In this document: piece after piece, positions 23,546-31,268 of the stretch
Position numbering within the stretch: position 1 is the stretch's first letter
Layout: every line of letters starts with the position of its first letter
NCBI GenBank assembly: GCA_963704755.1
Contig: OY969938.1
Location: 1,830,001-1,862,000 of the forward strand
Length of the DNA stretch: 32,000 nt
Source: an uncultured Chloroflexia bacterium
Lineage (GTDB): Bacteria > Chloroflexota > Anaerolineae > Anaerolineales > Anaerolineaceae
Reading direction: 5' to 3'
The notes under the pieces: generated by a model
Seen by the model: the letters and a program-made list of their open reading frames with translations, nothing else
Databases searched by the model: none
Told to the model about the DNA's origin: nothing
Position numbers and translations under genes: made by a program

Positions 23546-23900
23546 TTGCTATTTCGCGCTCCCTTCGAAATATGTTCCAAATCAAGCCCTTCGTATTCTT
23601 TTTCGGAAATCGTTAACCAAACAACCCGATCTTAGACAGGCGAAACCTTCCCAGCTACCTGGAAAAAACGCAGCCTATCTAAAAACGGTTTTCTTATCCA
23701 AAATATGGAAGGCCCGAGTTGGAGTTGGTTTTAAGCCATTTAAAGTTCATGCCGAAGGTAGGGGCTTCTGGCCTGCCTGGCTTAAACCACTAATCCTTGC
23801 TATTAATTACGGTAGCAAATGCAGAACAACCTTCCCATAAAACGAAGATAAATTTTGGCCTAATTCCGTGTGAAGACAAAATACCCTGAGAAGGCACTCT

Positions 23901-23943
23901 CCGTATTTGTACCGGGTGGCAATGCCACCCGGTACAAATACGG
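23901..23943 (-). terminator. perfect 20-bp-stem palindrome immediately downstream of the decarboxylase operon
   Basis: CCGTATTTGTACCGGGTGGC-AAT-GCCACCCGGTACAAATACGG. It ends 8 nt from the stop of the beta-subunit gene (23952). There is no adjacent U-tract on the operon strand, so a terminator function is assumed, not shown. Confidence 0.5.
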
Positions 23944-23951
23944 AATAATCT

Positions 23952-25073
23952 CTATCCCAAAACCCCCATCGTAAGCGCTAAAAGCAGCCCGCCGGCGATG
24001 ACCGAACCAAGCTGCCCGGCGGTGTTGGCGCCCATGGCGTGCATAAGAATAAAGTTGTCGAAATCCTCTTCTTTGGCCATCTGGGCGGCCAGCCGGCCGG
24101 CCATAGGGAAGGCGCTGATGCCGCAGGCCCCGATCAGCGGGTTGATCTTGCCGTGGGTCAGCGCCGACATCAACTTGCCGAATAGCAAACCGGCTACCGT
24201 ATCGATCACAAAAGCCAGGAAACCCAGTCCCAGGATTTCCAGGGTTTGCAGGGTCAAAAAGCTGCTGGCGGTCATGGTTGCCCCGATGGTCAGCCCCAGG
24301 AACAGGGTGGCAATATTGATGATCTCATTCTGGGCCGCGTTGCTCAGCCGGTCCACCACCCCGCTTTCGCGCAGCAGGTTACCCAGCATCAAGGTAGCGA
24401 TCAGCGGGGCCGCATCCGGCGCCAAAAGCGAGACGATGACTGTAACCACGATCGGGAAGGCGATTACCACGCCCTTCGAGACCGGCCGGGCGGCGTAATC
24501 CATGCGGATCAGGCGCTCTTTGCGGGTGGTGAGCAGCTTCATGACCGGGATCTGGATGATCGGGATCAGGCTCATGTAGGAATAAGCCGCCACCGTCACC
24601 GGGGCCAGGATTTCAGGCGCCAGCTTGGAGGTAACGAAAATCGCCGTAGGCCCATCGATTGCGCCGATCACCCCGATGGAGGACGCCTGGTTGATGGGGA
24701 ACTTCAGCAAAATAGCCAGCAGCAGGGCCCCGTAAATGCCAAACTGGCCGGCCGCCCCTAACAAGGCCATGTTCGGCATGGCCAGCAGTGGGCGAAAATC
24801 GATCATCGCGCCCACCCCGATAAAGATCAAAAGGGGAAATAATTCAGATTTAATCCCGGCATTGTACAGGACCTGGAAGACCCCGTGATCGGCCGACATG
24901 CCCAGGTTGGCCAGGATGCAGCCAAAACCGATCGGCAGCAGCAGCACCGGCTCGTATTCCTTCACCACCGCCAGGACGATCAGGATCAAGCCGGCCGCTA
25001 TCATGATGGCGTTGCCAACTGTGAAGGCAGTAAAGCCTTTGGATATTTCAGTGAGCAGAGCGGTAAAGTTCAT
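23952..25073 (-). CDS. mmdB: Na+-translocating decarboxylase, beta (membrane pump) subunit (OadB/MmdB/GcdB family)
   Basis: 373 aa, polytopic. Family-typical segments are ISAFPMAGRLAAQMA and HAMGANTAGQLGSVIAGGLLL. GAGGGGG SD upstream. It is the last gene of the operon. Confidence 0.88.
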   Translation of the reverse strand: MNFTALLTEISKGFTAFTVGNAIMIAAGLILIVLAVVKEYEPVLLLPIGFGCILANLGMSADHGVFQVLYNAGIKSELFPLLIFIGVGAMIDFRPLLAMPNMALLGAAGQFGIYGALLLAILLKFPINQASSIGVIGAIDGPTAIFVTSKLAPEILAPVTVAAYSYMSLIPIIQIPVMKLLTTRKERLIRMDYAARPVSKGVVIAFPIVVTVIVSLLAPDAAPLIATLMLGNLLRESGVVDRLSNAAQNEIINIATLFLGLTIGATMTASSFLTLQTLEILGLGFLAFVIDTVAGLLFGKLMSALTHGKINPLIGACGISAFPMAGRLAAQMAKEEDFDNFILMHAMGANTAGQLGSVIAGGLLLALTMGVLG

Positions 25074-25086
25074 TTCACTGGCCCCC

Positions 25087-25524
25087 TCAGTCGGTGTACT
25101 CTAGCAGCACCTGCGAATGGCGTACCTGGTCACCCACACCGACCCGCACCGCGGCGATCTTTGCGCTGCGCGTGGCGCGGATGGCGTTCTTCATCTTCAT
25201 GGCCTCCAGCGTGACCATCTCCTGGCCATATTTCACTTGATCCCCCTCTTTGACCAGCACGGCCACGATCGTCCCCGGGATGGGCGCCAAAACGGCATTG
25301 GCGTTGCTGGGCTTCCCGGCCACGCCAGCAGCCTCAGCCTGGGGAGACGGCAGACTGACCGGCGCACTTGTTTCACCAGCCGCTTGCGAAGCCTCTTCCG
25401 GCCAGACTTCCAGCGTCTCGCCCTCTACAGTCGCCAGGATAGGGCGGCTTTGCAGGTCTTCGATCTCCACTTCAAAGCTTTTATCTTCGATTTTGACTCG
25501 CATTTTCATGGCGCTGATCCTCAC
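25087..25524 (-). CDS. mmdC: biotin carboxyl carrier subunit (biotinyl domain)
   Basis: 145 aa. The C-terminal biotinyl domain has the EAMKM motif (VTLEAMKMKNAIRATRSAKIAAV). The start overlaps the upstream gene's stop (ATGA at 25521-25524). Confidence 0.88.
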   Translation of the reverse strand: MRISAMKMRVKIEDKSFEVEIEDLQSRPILATVEGETLEVWPEEASQAAGETSAPVSLPSPQAEAAGVAGKPSNANAVLAPIPGTIVAVLVKEGDQVKYGQEMVTLEAMKMKNAIRATRSAKIAAVRVGVGDQVRHSQVLLEYTD

Positions 25525-25892
25525 ACTCTTCGGGTTTTTAGCCGGGCACTTTGGTTGATCTGGCTGGAGCGGCGAGCCGCCTGCCAGGGTGAAAGGGATT
25601 GGCCGGCCCGCGGCACCAGGTTTAGCCGGCTGGCCTGCAAGGCCAGTGCAGTCGCCACGGCGACCGCCGCAGCGCGTCTTCGCAAGGCTTTGGCTTCCAT
25701 TTCAAGCGCTTCGGCGTCAGCGGAATCGCTCTCGGCCGTCCCAGCGCCTTCCAGAATTTCCTCGTTTTCTTCCTGGTGAGGAACTCGGATGCGCGCCATC
25801 CAGGCCATCAATCCCCACAGCAAAATCAGAGCCAGGAAGACCAGCCCCATACCGATCAGGGTGATCAACAAACCTTGGGAAATTTCAGACAT
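25521..25892 (-). CDS. OadG/MmdD-like small membrane-anchor subunit of Na+-decarboxylase
   Basis: 123 aa. A single N-terminal TM (GLLITLIGMGLVFLALILLWGLMAWM) is followed by an Ala/Glu-rich tail. Its position between the carboxyltransferase and the biotin carrier matches the usual operon layout. Confidence 0.7.
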   Translation of the reverse strand: MSEISQGLLITLIGMGLVFLALILLWGLMAWMARIRVPHQEENEEILEGAGTAESDSADAEALEMEAKALRRRAAAVAVATALALQASRLNLVPRAGQSLSPWQAARRSSQINQSARLKTRRV

Positions 25893-25916
25893 ATCGGTTT
25901 GCTCCTTTGCTCGGCG

Positions 25917-27467
25917 CTACAGCGGGATATTGCCATGCTTGCGCGCGGGGGTGGAGATGGATTTATCACGTAAGGCAGCCAGTGCCGCGATCACCCGCAT
26001 ACGTGTTTCCCGCGGCTCGATGACGTCGTCCACAAAGCCGTCAGCGGCGGCCGCGTACGGATTGAGGAATTTCTTGCGGTATTCATCGATCACGCGGGCG
26101 CGCTCGGCTTCCGGGCTTTCCGCTGCCTCGATCTGCTTGCGGTAGAGGATGTTGGCGGCGCCCTCCGGGCCCATGACGGCAATCTCGGCGCTCGGCCAGG
26201 CAAAGCTGATATCCGCGCCCATCAGTTTGGAGCTCATCACGATCATCGCCCCCCCATAGGCTTTGCGGGTGATAATCTGCACCTTGGGCACACTCGCCTC
26301 GGAATAGGCGAACAGCACCTTGGCCCCGTGGCGAATGACCCCGCGGTGTTCCTGGTCCACGCCCGGCAGGAAGCCGGGTGAATCCAGGAAGGTGACCAGG
26401 GGAATGTTGAAGGCGTCGCAGAAACGGACGAAGCGGGCGATCTTATCGGACGAATCGATGTCCATCACCCCGGCCAGCATGGCCGGCTCCTGCGAGACGA
26501 TGCCGACCGTCGAGCCGCCCATACGGGCCAGGCCGATGATGGCATTACGGGCAAAATCGGCCTGTAGTTCCAGGAATGAATCGCGGTCCACGATCATGCG
26601 GATGGCATCGTGCATCGAATAAGGCGAGGCCGGGCTAAGCGGCACCAGGCTGTTCAGGGCCGGGTCCATCCGGCCGGGGTCGTCGCCGTTATCCAGGTAG
26701 GGCGGGTTTTCGACGTTGTTCGACGGCAGGTAAGAGAGCACCTGGCGGCACAGTTGGACCGCCTCTTTGTCGCTGGGCGACTTCAAATGGGCCGTCCCGC
26801 TGATGCCGTTGTGAACATCCGCCCCGCCCAGGCTCTCCGAGTCGACCACTTCACCGGTGACGGACTTGATCACTTCCGGGCCGGTCAGGAACATGAAGGA
26901 CTGTTTTTCCACCATGATGATCAGGTCGGTCACCGCCGGAGAATAGGCCGCCCCGCCGGCGCAAGGGCCCATCACCAGGCTGATCTGGGGAATGACCCCC
27001 GAGTAGAGCGTGTTACGCTGGAAAATCTGGGCGTATCCGTACAGGCTGCGTACCCCTTCCTGGATGCGCGCCCCGCCCGAGTTGATCAATCCAATCACCG
27101 GGCAGCCTGCCCCGGCGGCCATGTCCAGCAGCCGGGCGATCTTTTTCCCGTGCATTTCACCCAACGCCCCGCCTATGACGGTGAAATCTTGGGCATACAC
27201 GTACACAGTCCGGCCGTTGACACTGCCAAACCCGGTCACAACCCCATCACCGGGATATTTGGGACCACCACCCAGGTCGTCACTGCGATGGGTGACGTAT
27301 GGCTCCAATTCTGTGAAAGTACCGGGGTCCAACAGTGCATCAATGCGCTCGCGGGCCGTCAGTTTGCCCTTGGCGTGTTGTTTTGCAATCCTGTCCTCTC
27401 CGCCGGCCATTCGCGCCTTCGCGCGCATTTCGCGCAGCTCGATAATTCGGGGATCTTCTTCGGGCAT
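25917..27467 (-). CDS. mmdA: methylmalonyl-CoA decarboxylase alpha subunit / acyl-CoA carboxyltransferase (propionyl-CoA carboxylase beta family)
   Basis: 516 aa. It reads as a carboxyltransferase throughout (GKLTARERIDALLDPGTF.E, INSGGARIQEGV, GPCAGGAAYSPA.TD, FLPG..QE..GVIRHGAK). AGAGGAAA SD upstream. Substrate specificity cannot be read from the sequence. Confidence 0.9.
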   Translation of the reverse strand: MPEEDPRIIELREMRAKARMAGGEDRIAKQHAKGKLTARERIDALLDPGTFTELEPYVTHRSDDLGGGPKYPGDGVVTGFGSVNGRTVYVYAQDFTVIGGALGEMHGKKIARLLDMAAGAGCPVIGLINSGGARIQEGVRSLYGYAQIFQRNTLYSGVIPQISLVMGPCAGGAAYSPAVTDLIIMVEKQSFMFLTGPEVIKSVTGEVVDSESLGGADVHNGISGTAHLKSPSDKEAVQLCRQVLSYLPSNNVENPPYLDNGDDPGRMDPALNSLVPLSPASPYSMHDAIRMIVDRDSFLELQADFARNAIIGLARMGGSTVGIVSQEPAMLAGVMDIDSSDKIARFVRFCDAFNIPLVTFLDSPGFLPGVDQEHRGVIRHGAKVLFAYSEASVPKVQIITRKAYGGAMIVMSSKLMGADISFAWPSAEIAVMGPEGAANILYRKQIEAAESPEAERARVIDEYRKKFLNPYAAAADGFVDDVIEPRETRMRVIAALAALRDKSISTPARKHGNIPL

Positions 27468-27716
27468 ACGGTTTCCTCTTTTTATGGGATGATTTAGGGG
27501 ATTTTCAGAGGGGGGTACCTCGCGCAGGGTCGACGTTCAGTGGGCAGCCGCCTGGCGGTGAACATACCCACCATCCGCGCCGGAAACGGCCTGCCCGGGG
27601 AAACACGTGGAAATTGAGGTACCCAATAAAACCTGAGGGGAAAATTAATTTATTCTACTATAACACAGGCACCCTGGAGAAGTTGCCAGCCAATTTCTTC
27701 GCCTGCGGAGATAGTT

Positions 27717-27744
27717 GCCACAGATAGCACAGATGGACACAGAT
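27717..27744 (+). repeat. CACAGAT-type short repeat block, inverted partner of 18016-18044
   Basis: GCCACAGATAGCACAGATGGACACAGAT. See the feature at 18016-18044. Confidence 0.8.
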
Positions 27745-27797
27745 AAAGATTTTTTTTGGAAGAATTGGGTTGGATTAGGCGTGGTTGGGATTAGTTG

Positions 27798-27838
27798 GGC
27801 CCCTCTCCCGTTTCTGGGAGAGGGGTTGGGGTGAGGGC
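27798..27838 (+). repeat. family-1 palindromic repeat copy
   Basis: GGCCCCTCTCCCGTTTCTGGGAGAGGGGTTGGGGTGAGGGC, preceded by GGTTGGATTAGG/GGTTGGGATTAG short direct repeats. Confidence 0.85.
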
Positions 27839-27963
27839 AGGCCCCGGTCTTACCGGGTGCATGCAGGTTGGGTGAGCGCTTTTTTACAAGCCTTAACCGC
27901 CTACAAACCCAATGGTTCTTAGCATGGGGTTTGTTGTTATATGTTGTTAAACGGTATAAAAGC

Positions 27964-28054
27964 CATTGTTCGGGCCGGTCTCTCCCTCCGCCTTTCAGGC
28001 TTCGGCCGAGCCCGCTCTTCAGCGTATGCCTAGAACTCGGCTTTGAAAGCCGGG
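27964..28054 (+). repeat. family-4 module followed by family-3 hairpin
   Basis: CATTGTTCGGGCCGGTCTCTCCCTCCGCCTTTCAGGCTTCGGCCGAGCCCGCTCTTCAGCG is almost identical to 17041-17103 and to its copies in array A. CTCGGCTTTGAAAGCCGGG follows. Confidence 0.85.
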
Positions 28055-28081
28055 CAACCATCCACCGGCTCGGAATTTTTT

Positions 28082-29256
28082 AGTCGAGGTGATATTGTTG
28101 GGTTCGGGCAAAACCTTTGCAGATAAACACCAGGTGTCTGGCCAGTGTTGTCAATCCGCCCGAACCCAACCTACGCGAGCGCTGTAAATCAACCGCACAA
28201 AAGTTTACATTGAGCCCCACGAAGGTGGGGCTTCGTGAATTTGTTGCCGCGACCTCGGTCGCCAACGCATGTCGAAGAACCCGTCTTCGAAAGTCAAGCT
28301 ACCATACCGCTCCACCGAATTTTCAAGTCGGGGTGATATTGTTGGGTTCGGGCAAAACCTTTGCAGATAAACGTCTGGAATCTGGCCAGTGTTGTCAATC
28401 CGCCCGAACCCAACCTACGCGAACGCCGTTATCATCGGGTAAAAAATCTGAATTGAGCCCCACGAAGGTGGGGCTTCGCGAATTTGTTGCCGCGACCTCG
28501 GTCGCCAACGCATATCGAAGAACCCGTCTTCGAAAGTCAAGCTACCATACCGCTCCTCCGGATTTTCAAGTCGAGGTAATATTGTTGGGTTCGGGCAAAA
28601 CCTTTGCAGATAAGCGCCAGGTGTCTGGCCAATGTTGTCAATCCGCCCGAACCCAACCTACGCGAGCGCCGTTATCATCGGGTAAAAAATCTGAATTGAG
28701 CCCCACGCAGGTGGGGCTTCGTGCATTTGTTGCCGCGACCTCGGTCGCCAACGCATATCGAAGAACCCGTCTTCGAAAGTCAAGCTACCATACCGCTCCT
28801 CCGGATTTTCAAGTCGAGGTAATATTGTTGGGTTCGGGCAAAACCTTTGCAGATAAGCGCCAGGTGTCTGGCCAATGTTGTCAATCCGCCCGAACCCAAC
28901 CTACGCGAGCGCCGTTATCAGCGGGTAAAAAATCTGAATTGAGCCCCACGCAGGTGGGGCTTCGCGAATTTGTTGCCGCGACCTCGGTCGCCAACGCATA
29001 TCGAAGAACCCGTCTTCGAAAGTCAAGCTACCATACCTCTCCTCCGGATTTTCAAGTCGAGGTAATATTGTTGGGTTCGGGCAAAACCTTTGCAGATAAG
29101 CGCCTGGAATCTGGCCAATGTTGTCGACGAGCCCGAACCCAACCTACGCGAGCGCTGTAAATCAACCGCACAAAAGTTTACATTGAGCCCCACGAAAGTG
29201 GGGCTTCGTGCATTTGTTGCTGCGACCTTGGTCGCCAACGCATATCGAAGAACCCG
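28082..29256 (+). repeat. tandem array B: about 4.8 copies of a 243/244-bp four-hairpin unit
   Basis: Unit starts (AGTCGRGGTRATATTGTTGGGTTCGGGC) are at 28082, 28326, 28569, 28812 and 29055. The last copy breaks off after ...CGAAGAACCCG near 29256. Confidence 0.92.
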
Positions 29257-29416
29257 GGTTCCTAACCCGAGAATTACCCAACTCACAGGCGATACTGGCC
29301 GAGTGGCGGATCGGTATGCGGCCAGAAACCGGTATAATAATTTTATTGTCTCAACCGGAATGGGGATTTTCTGCAACCGAACCCAAAAAAGCAAGAGACC
29401 CCCAAAAGAAGTAAAA

Positions 29417-30349
29417 ATGATCCTGACAGAACAACTTACCAAGACTTTTCAAGTCCATCGCAACCAACCGCCCATCCGGGCCGTGCAAGAACTGACCCTG
29501 GAAGTGAAAGAGGGCGAAGTTTTCGGCTTTTTAGGCCCCAACGGCGCCGGTAAAACCACCACCGTGCGCATGCTGACCACCCTGATCGGCCCGACCAGTG
29601 GGCGGGCTTCCATCGGAAAGCTCCAGGTTGGCAAAGATGACGAGAAAATCCGCCGGTCGGTCGGCATTTTGACCGAAACACCCGGCATGTACGAGCGCCT
29701 GAGCGCTGAAAAGAACCTGACCATTTTCGCCCGCCTGTATGACGTGCCGGACGTGCCCGGCCAGGTTGAAAAATATCTGCGCATGCTGGGTTTATGGACC
29801 CGGCGCATGGACGAAGTCGGCAGTTTCTCCAAAGGCATGCGCCAGAAGCTGGCCATCGCCCGCGCTTTGCTGCACGAGCCCCAGGTGCTCTTCCTGGACG
29901 AACCCACCAGCGGCCTGGACCCCGAAGCCGCCAAAATCGTGCGCGACTTCATCGAAGAACTGAAAACTGAAGGGCGCACTATCTTCCTTTGCACCCATAA
30001 CCTGGATGAGGCTGACCGCCTGTGTGACCGCATCGGCATCTTCAAATCCCGCCTGATCGTGATCGATACGCCCGAAAAGCTGCGCCAGAAATTGTATGGC
30101 CGGCGGGTGGTGTTCCACCTGGCCAATCTCGACCCGGCCTGGAGCGACCTGTTGAAGCAAAACGAGTTCGTCCACGAGATCCAGGTGGTGGAAAACCGCC
30201 TGATCGTCAGCCTGGACGATCCCGAATCTCAAAACCCGGCCCTGGTACGCCGCCTGGTCGAAGCCGGCGCCGAGATCCAGTTCGTAGGTGAGCTGCGCCA
30301 CTCCCTGGAGGACATCTACCTGCAAACCATCCAGAACGGGGAAGAGTAA
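29417..30349 (+). CDS. ABC transporter ATP-binding protein (ABC-2/DrrA-like exporter type)
   Basis: Walker A GPNGAGKTT, Q-loop, signature FSKGMRQKL, Walker B VLFLDEPTSGLD, H-loop CTHNL. The ORF track begins at 29090 inside the repeat array. The protein-like sequence begins at MILTEQLTKTF (ATG at 29417). Confidence 0.92.
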   Translation: MILTEQLTKTFQVHRNQPPIRAVQELTLEVKEGEVFGFLGPNGAGKTTTVRMLTTLIGPTSGRASIGKLQVGKDDEKIRRSVGILTETPGMYERLSAEKNLTIFARLYDVPDVPGQVEKYLRMLGLWTRRMDEVGSFSKGMRQKLAIARALLHEPQVLFLDEPTSGLDPEAAKIVRDFIEELKTEGRTIFLCTHNLDEADRLCDRIGIFKSRLIVIDTPEKLRQKLYGRRVVFHLANLDPAWSDLLKQNEFVHEIQVVENRLIVSLDDPESQNPALVRRLVEAGAEIQFVGELRHSLEDIYLQTIQNGEE

Positions 30350-30416
30350 GGAGGCAGCCATGAACCACATCCGTACAATCATCGATAAAGAATAGTCCGA
30401 AGTCTTCAAGAATAAG

Positions 30417-31268
30417 ATGGTCCTGTTCACGATCATCTTTATCCCGCTCTTGTTTACGGCCATGCCGTTGATTATGCTTTCGGTGATGGGCTCGACCATG
30501 TCTGGGGCAACCAGCAGCAGCAGTAGCGACGTTCCAGAGGCCTTCCTGGCCGTCTGTGGCAGCATGAGCGGCAGCGACTGCATGCAGGTCTACCTCATCA
30601 ACGAGTTCCTGATCCTGTTCATGCTTATGCCGGTGATCATCCCGATCACCATCGCCGCCTACAGCGTGGTCGGCGAGAAAACCACCCGCAGCCTGGAGCC
30701 GCTGCTGGCCACCCCGGTGACCACCGAGGAACTCCTGGCCGGCAAAAGCCTGGCCGCCGCCCTTCCGGCGATCGTGGCGACCTGGGCCAGCTTCTTTATC
30801 TTCGTGCTGCTCATCCCCGTGACCGGCGCCAGCCAGATGGTCCGCCAGTATGTGATCGGCCCGACCTGGCTGACCGGCGTTCTGCTGATCGGCCCGTTGA
30901 TGGCCATCGCAGCGGTGAACTTCGCCATTATGGTCTCCTCGCGGGTGAACGATCCGCGGGTGGCCGAGCAGCTCTCGGCCGTGATTATCGTACCGATCCT
31001 GGGATTGATGTTTGCCCAGATCGCCGGTGTCATCGTGATCAATCAGCGCCTGATCCTGCTGGTGGCCGGCGGTTTCGTCCTGGCCGATTTCGCCCTGATC
31101 TTCCTGGGTGCGCGCCTGTTCCAACGTGAGACCATCCTGAACTCGCTGGAAGTGAACCATGAACACCAAGAAATCCATCTCATTACCCATTTCCATCTTC
31201 GCCGGCCTGGCCGCACTGCTCCTCAGCCTGGTTCTGTTTTCCCCTGCCCTGGCCCAGGCGGGCTATAA
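30417..31268 (+). CDS. ABC-2 family transporter permease (see the finding on its in-frame TAG; the 3' end is probably over-extended)
   Basis: Six hydrophobic segments, and its position right after the ATPase. An upstream in-frame ATG at 30360 has a strong AAGGAGG SD but is separated from this ORF by TAG at 30393-30395. The last ~38 codons overlap the next gene and read like out-of-frame translation of its signal peptide. Confidence 0.75.
   Translation: MVLFTIIFIPLLFTAMPLIMLSVMGSTMSGATSSSSSDVPEAFLAVCGSMSGSDCMQVYLINEFLILFMLMPVIIPITIAAYSVVGEKTTRSLEPLLATPVTTEELLAGKSLAAALPAIVATWASFFIFVLLIPVTGASQMVRQYVIGPTWLTGVLLIGPLMAIAAVNFAIMVSSRVNDPRVAEQLSAVIIVPILGLMFAQIAGVIVINQRLILLVAGGFVLADFALIFLGARLFQRETILNSLEVNHEHQEIHLITHFHLRRPGRTAPQPGSVFPCPGPGGL

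Noticed and set aside
28117-29160. 347-aa ORF running through array B (the unit length of 243 is a multiple of 3, so the frame stays open)
   Set aside because: There is no SD or plausible start context. The peptide is Arg/Cys/Thr-rich, and variation between units does not look synonymous-biased. It preserves hairpin stems and swaps whole spacer alleles instead. An open frame is expected by chance once one stop-free 243-nt unit is repeated in phase.
29090-29416. N-terminal 109 codons of the ORF-track version of the ABC ATPase
   Set aside because: This part is translated from the last array-B unit and the promoter region (TATAAT at 29328-29333). ABC-like sequence begins only at the ATG at 29417.
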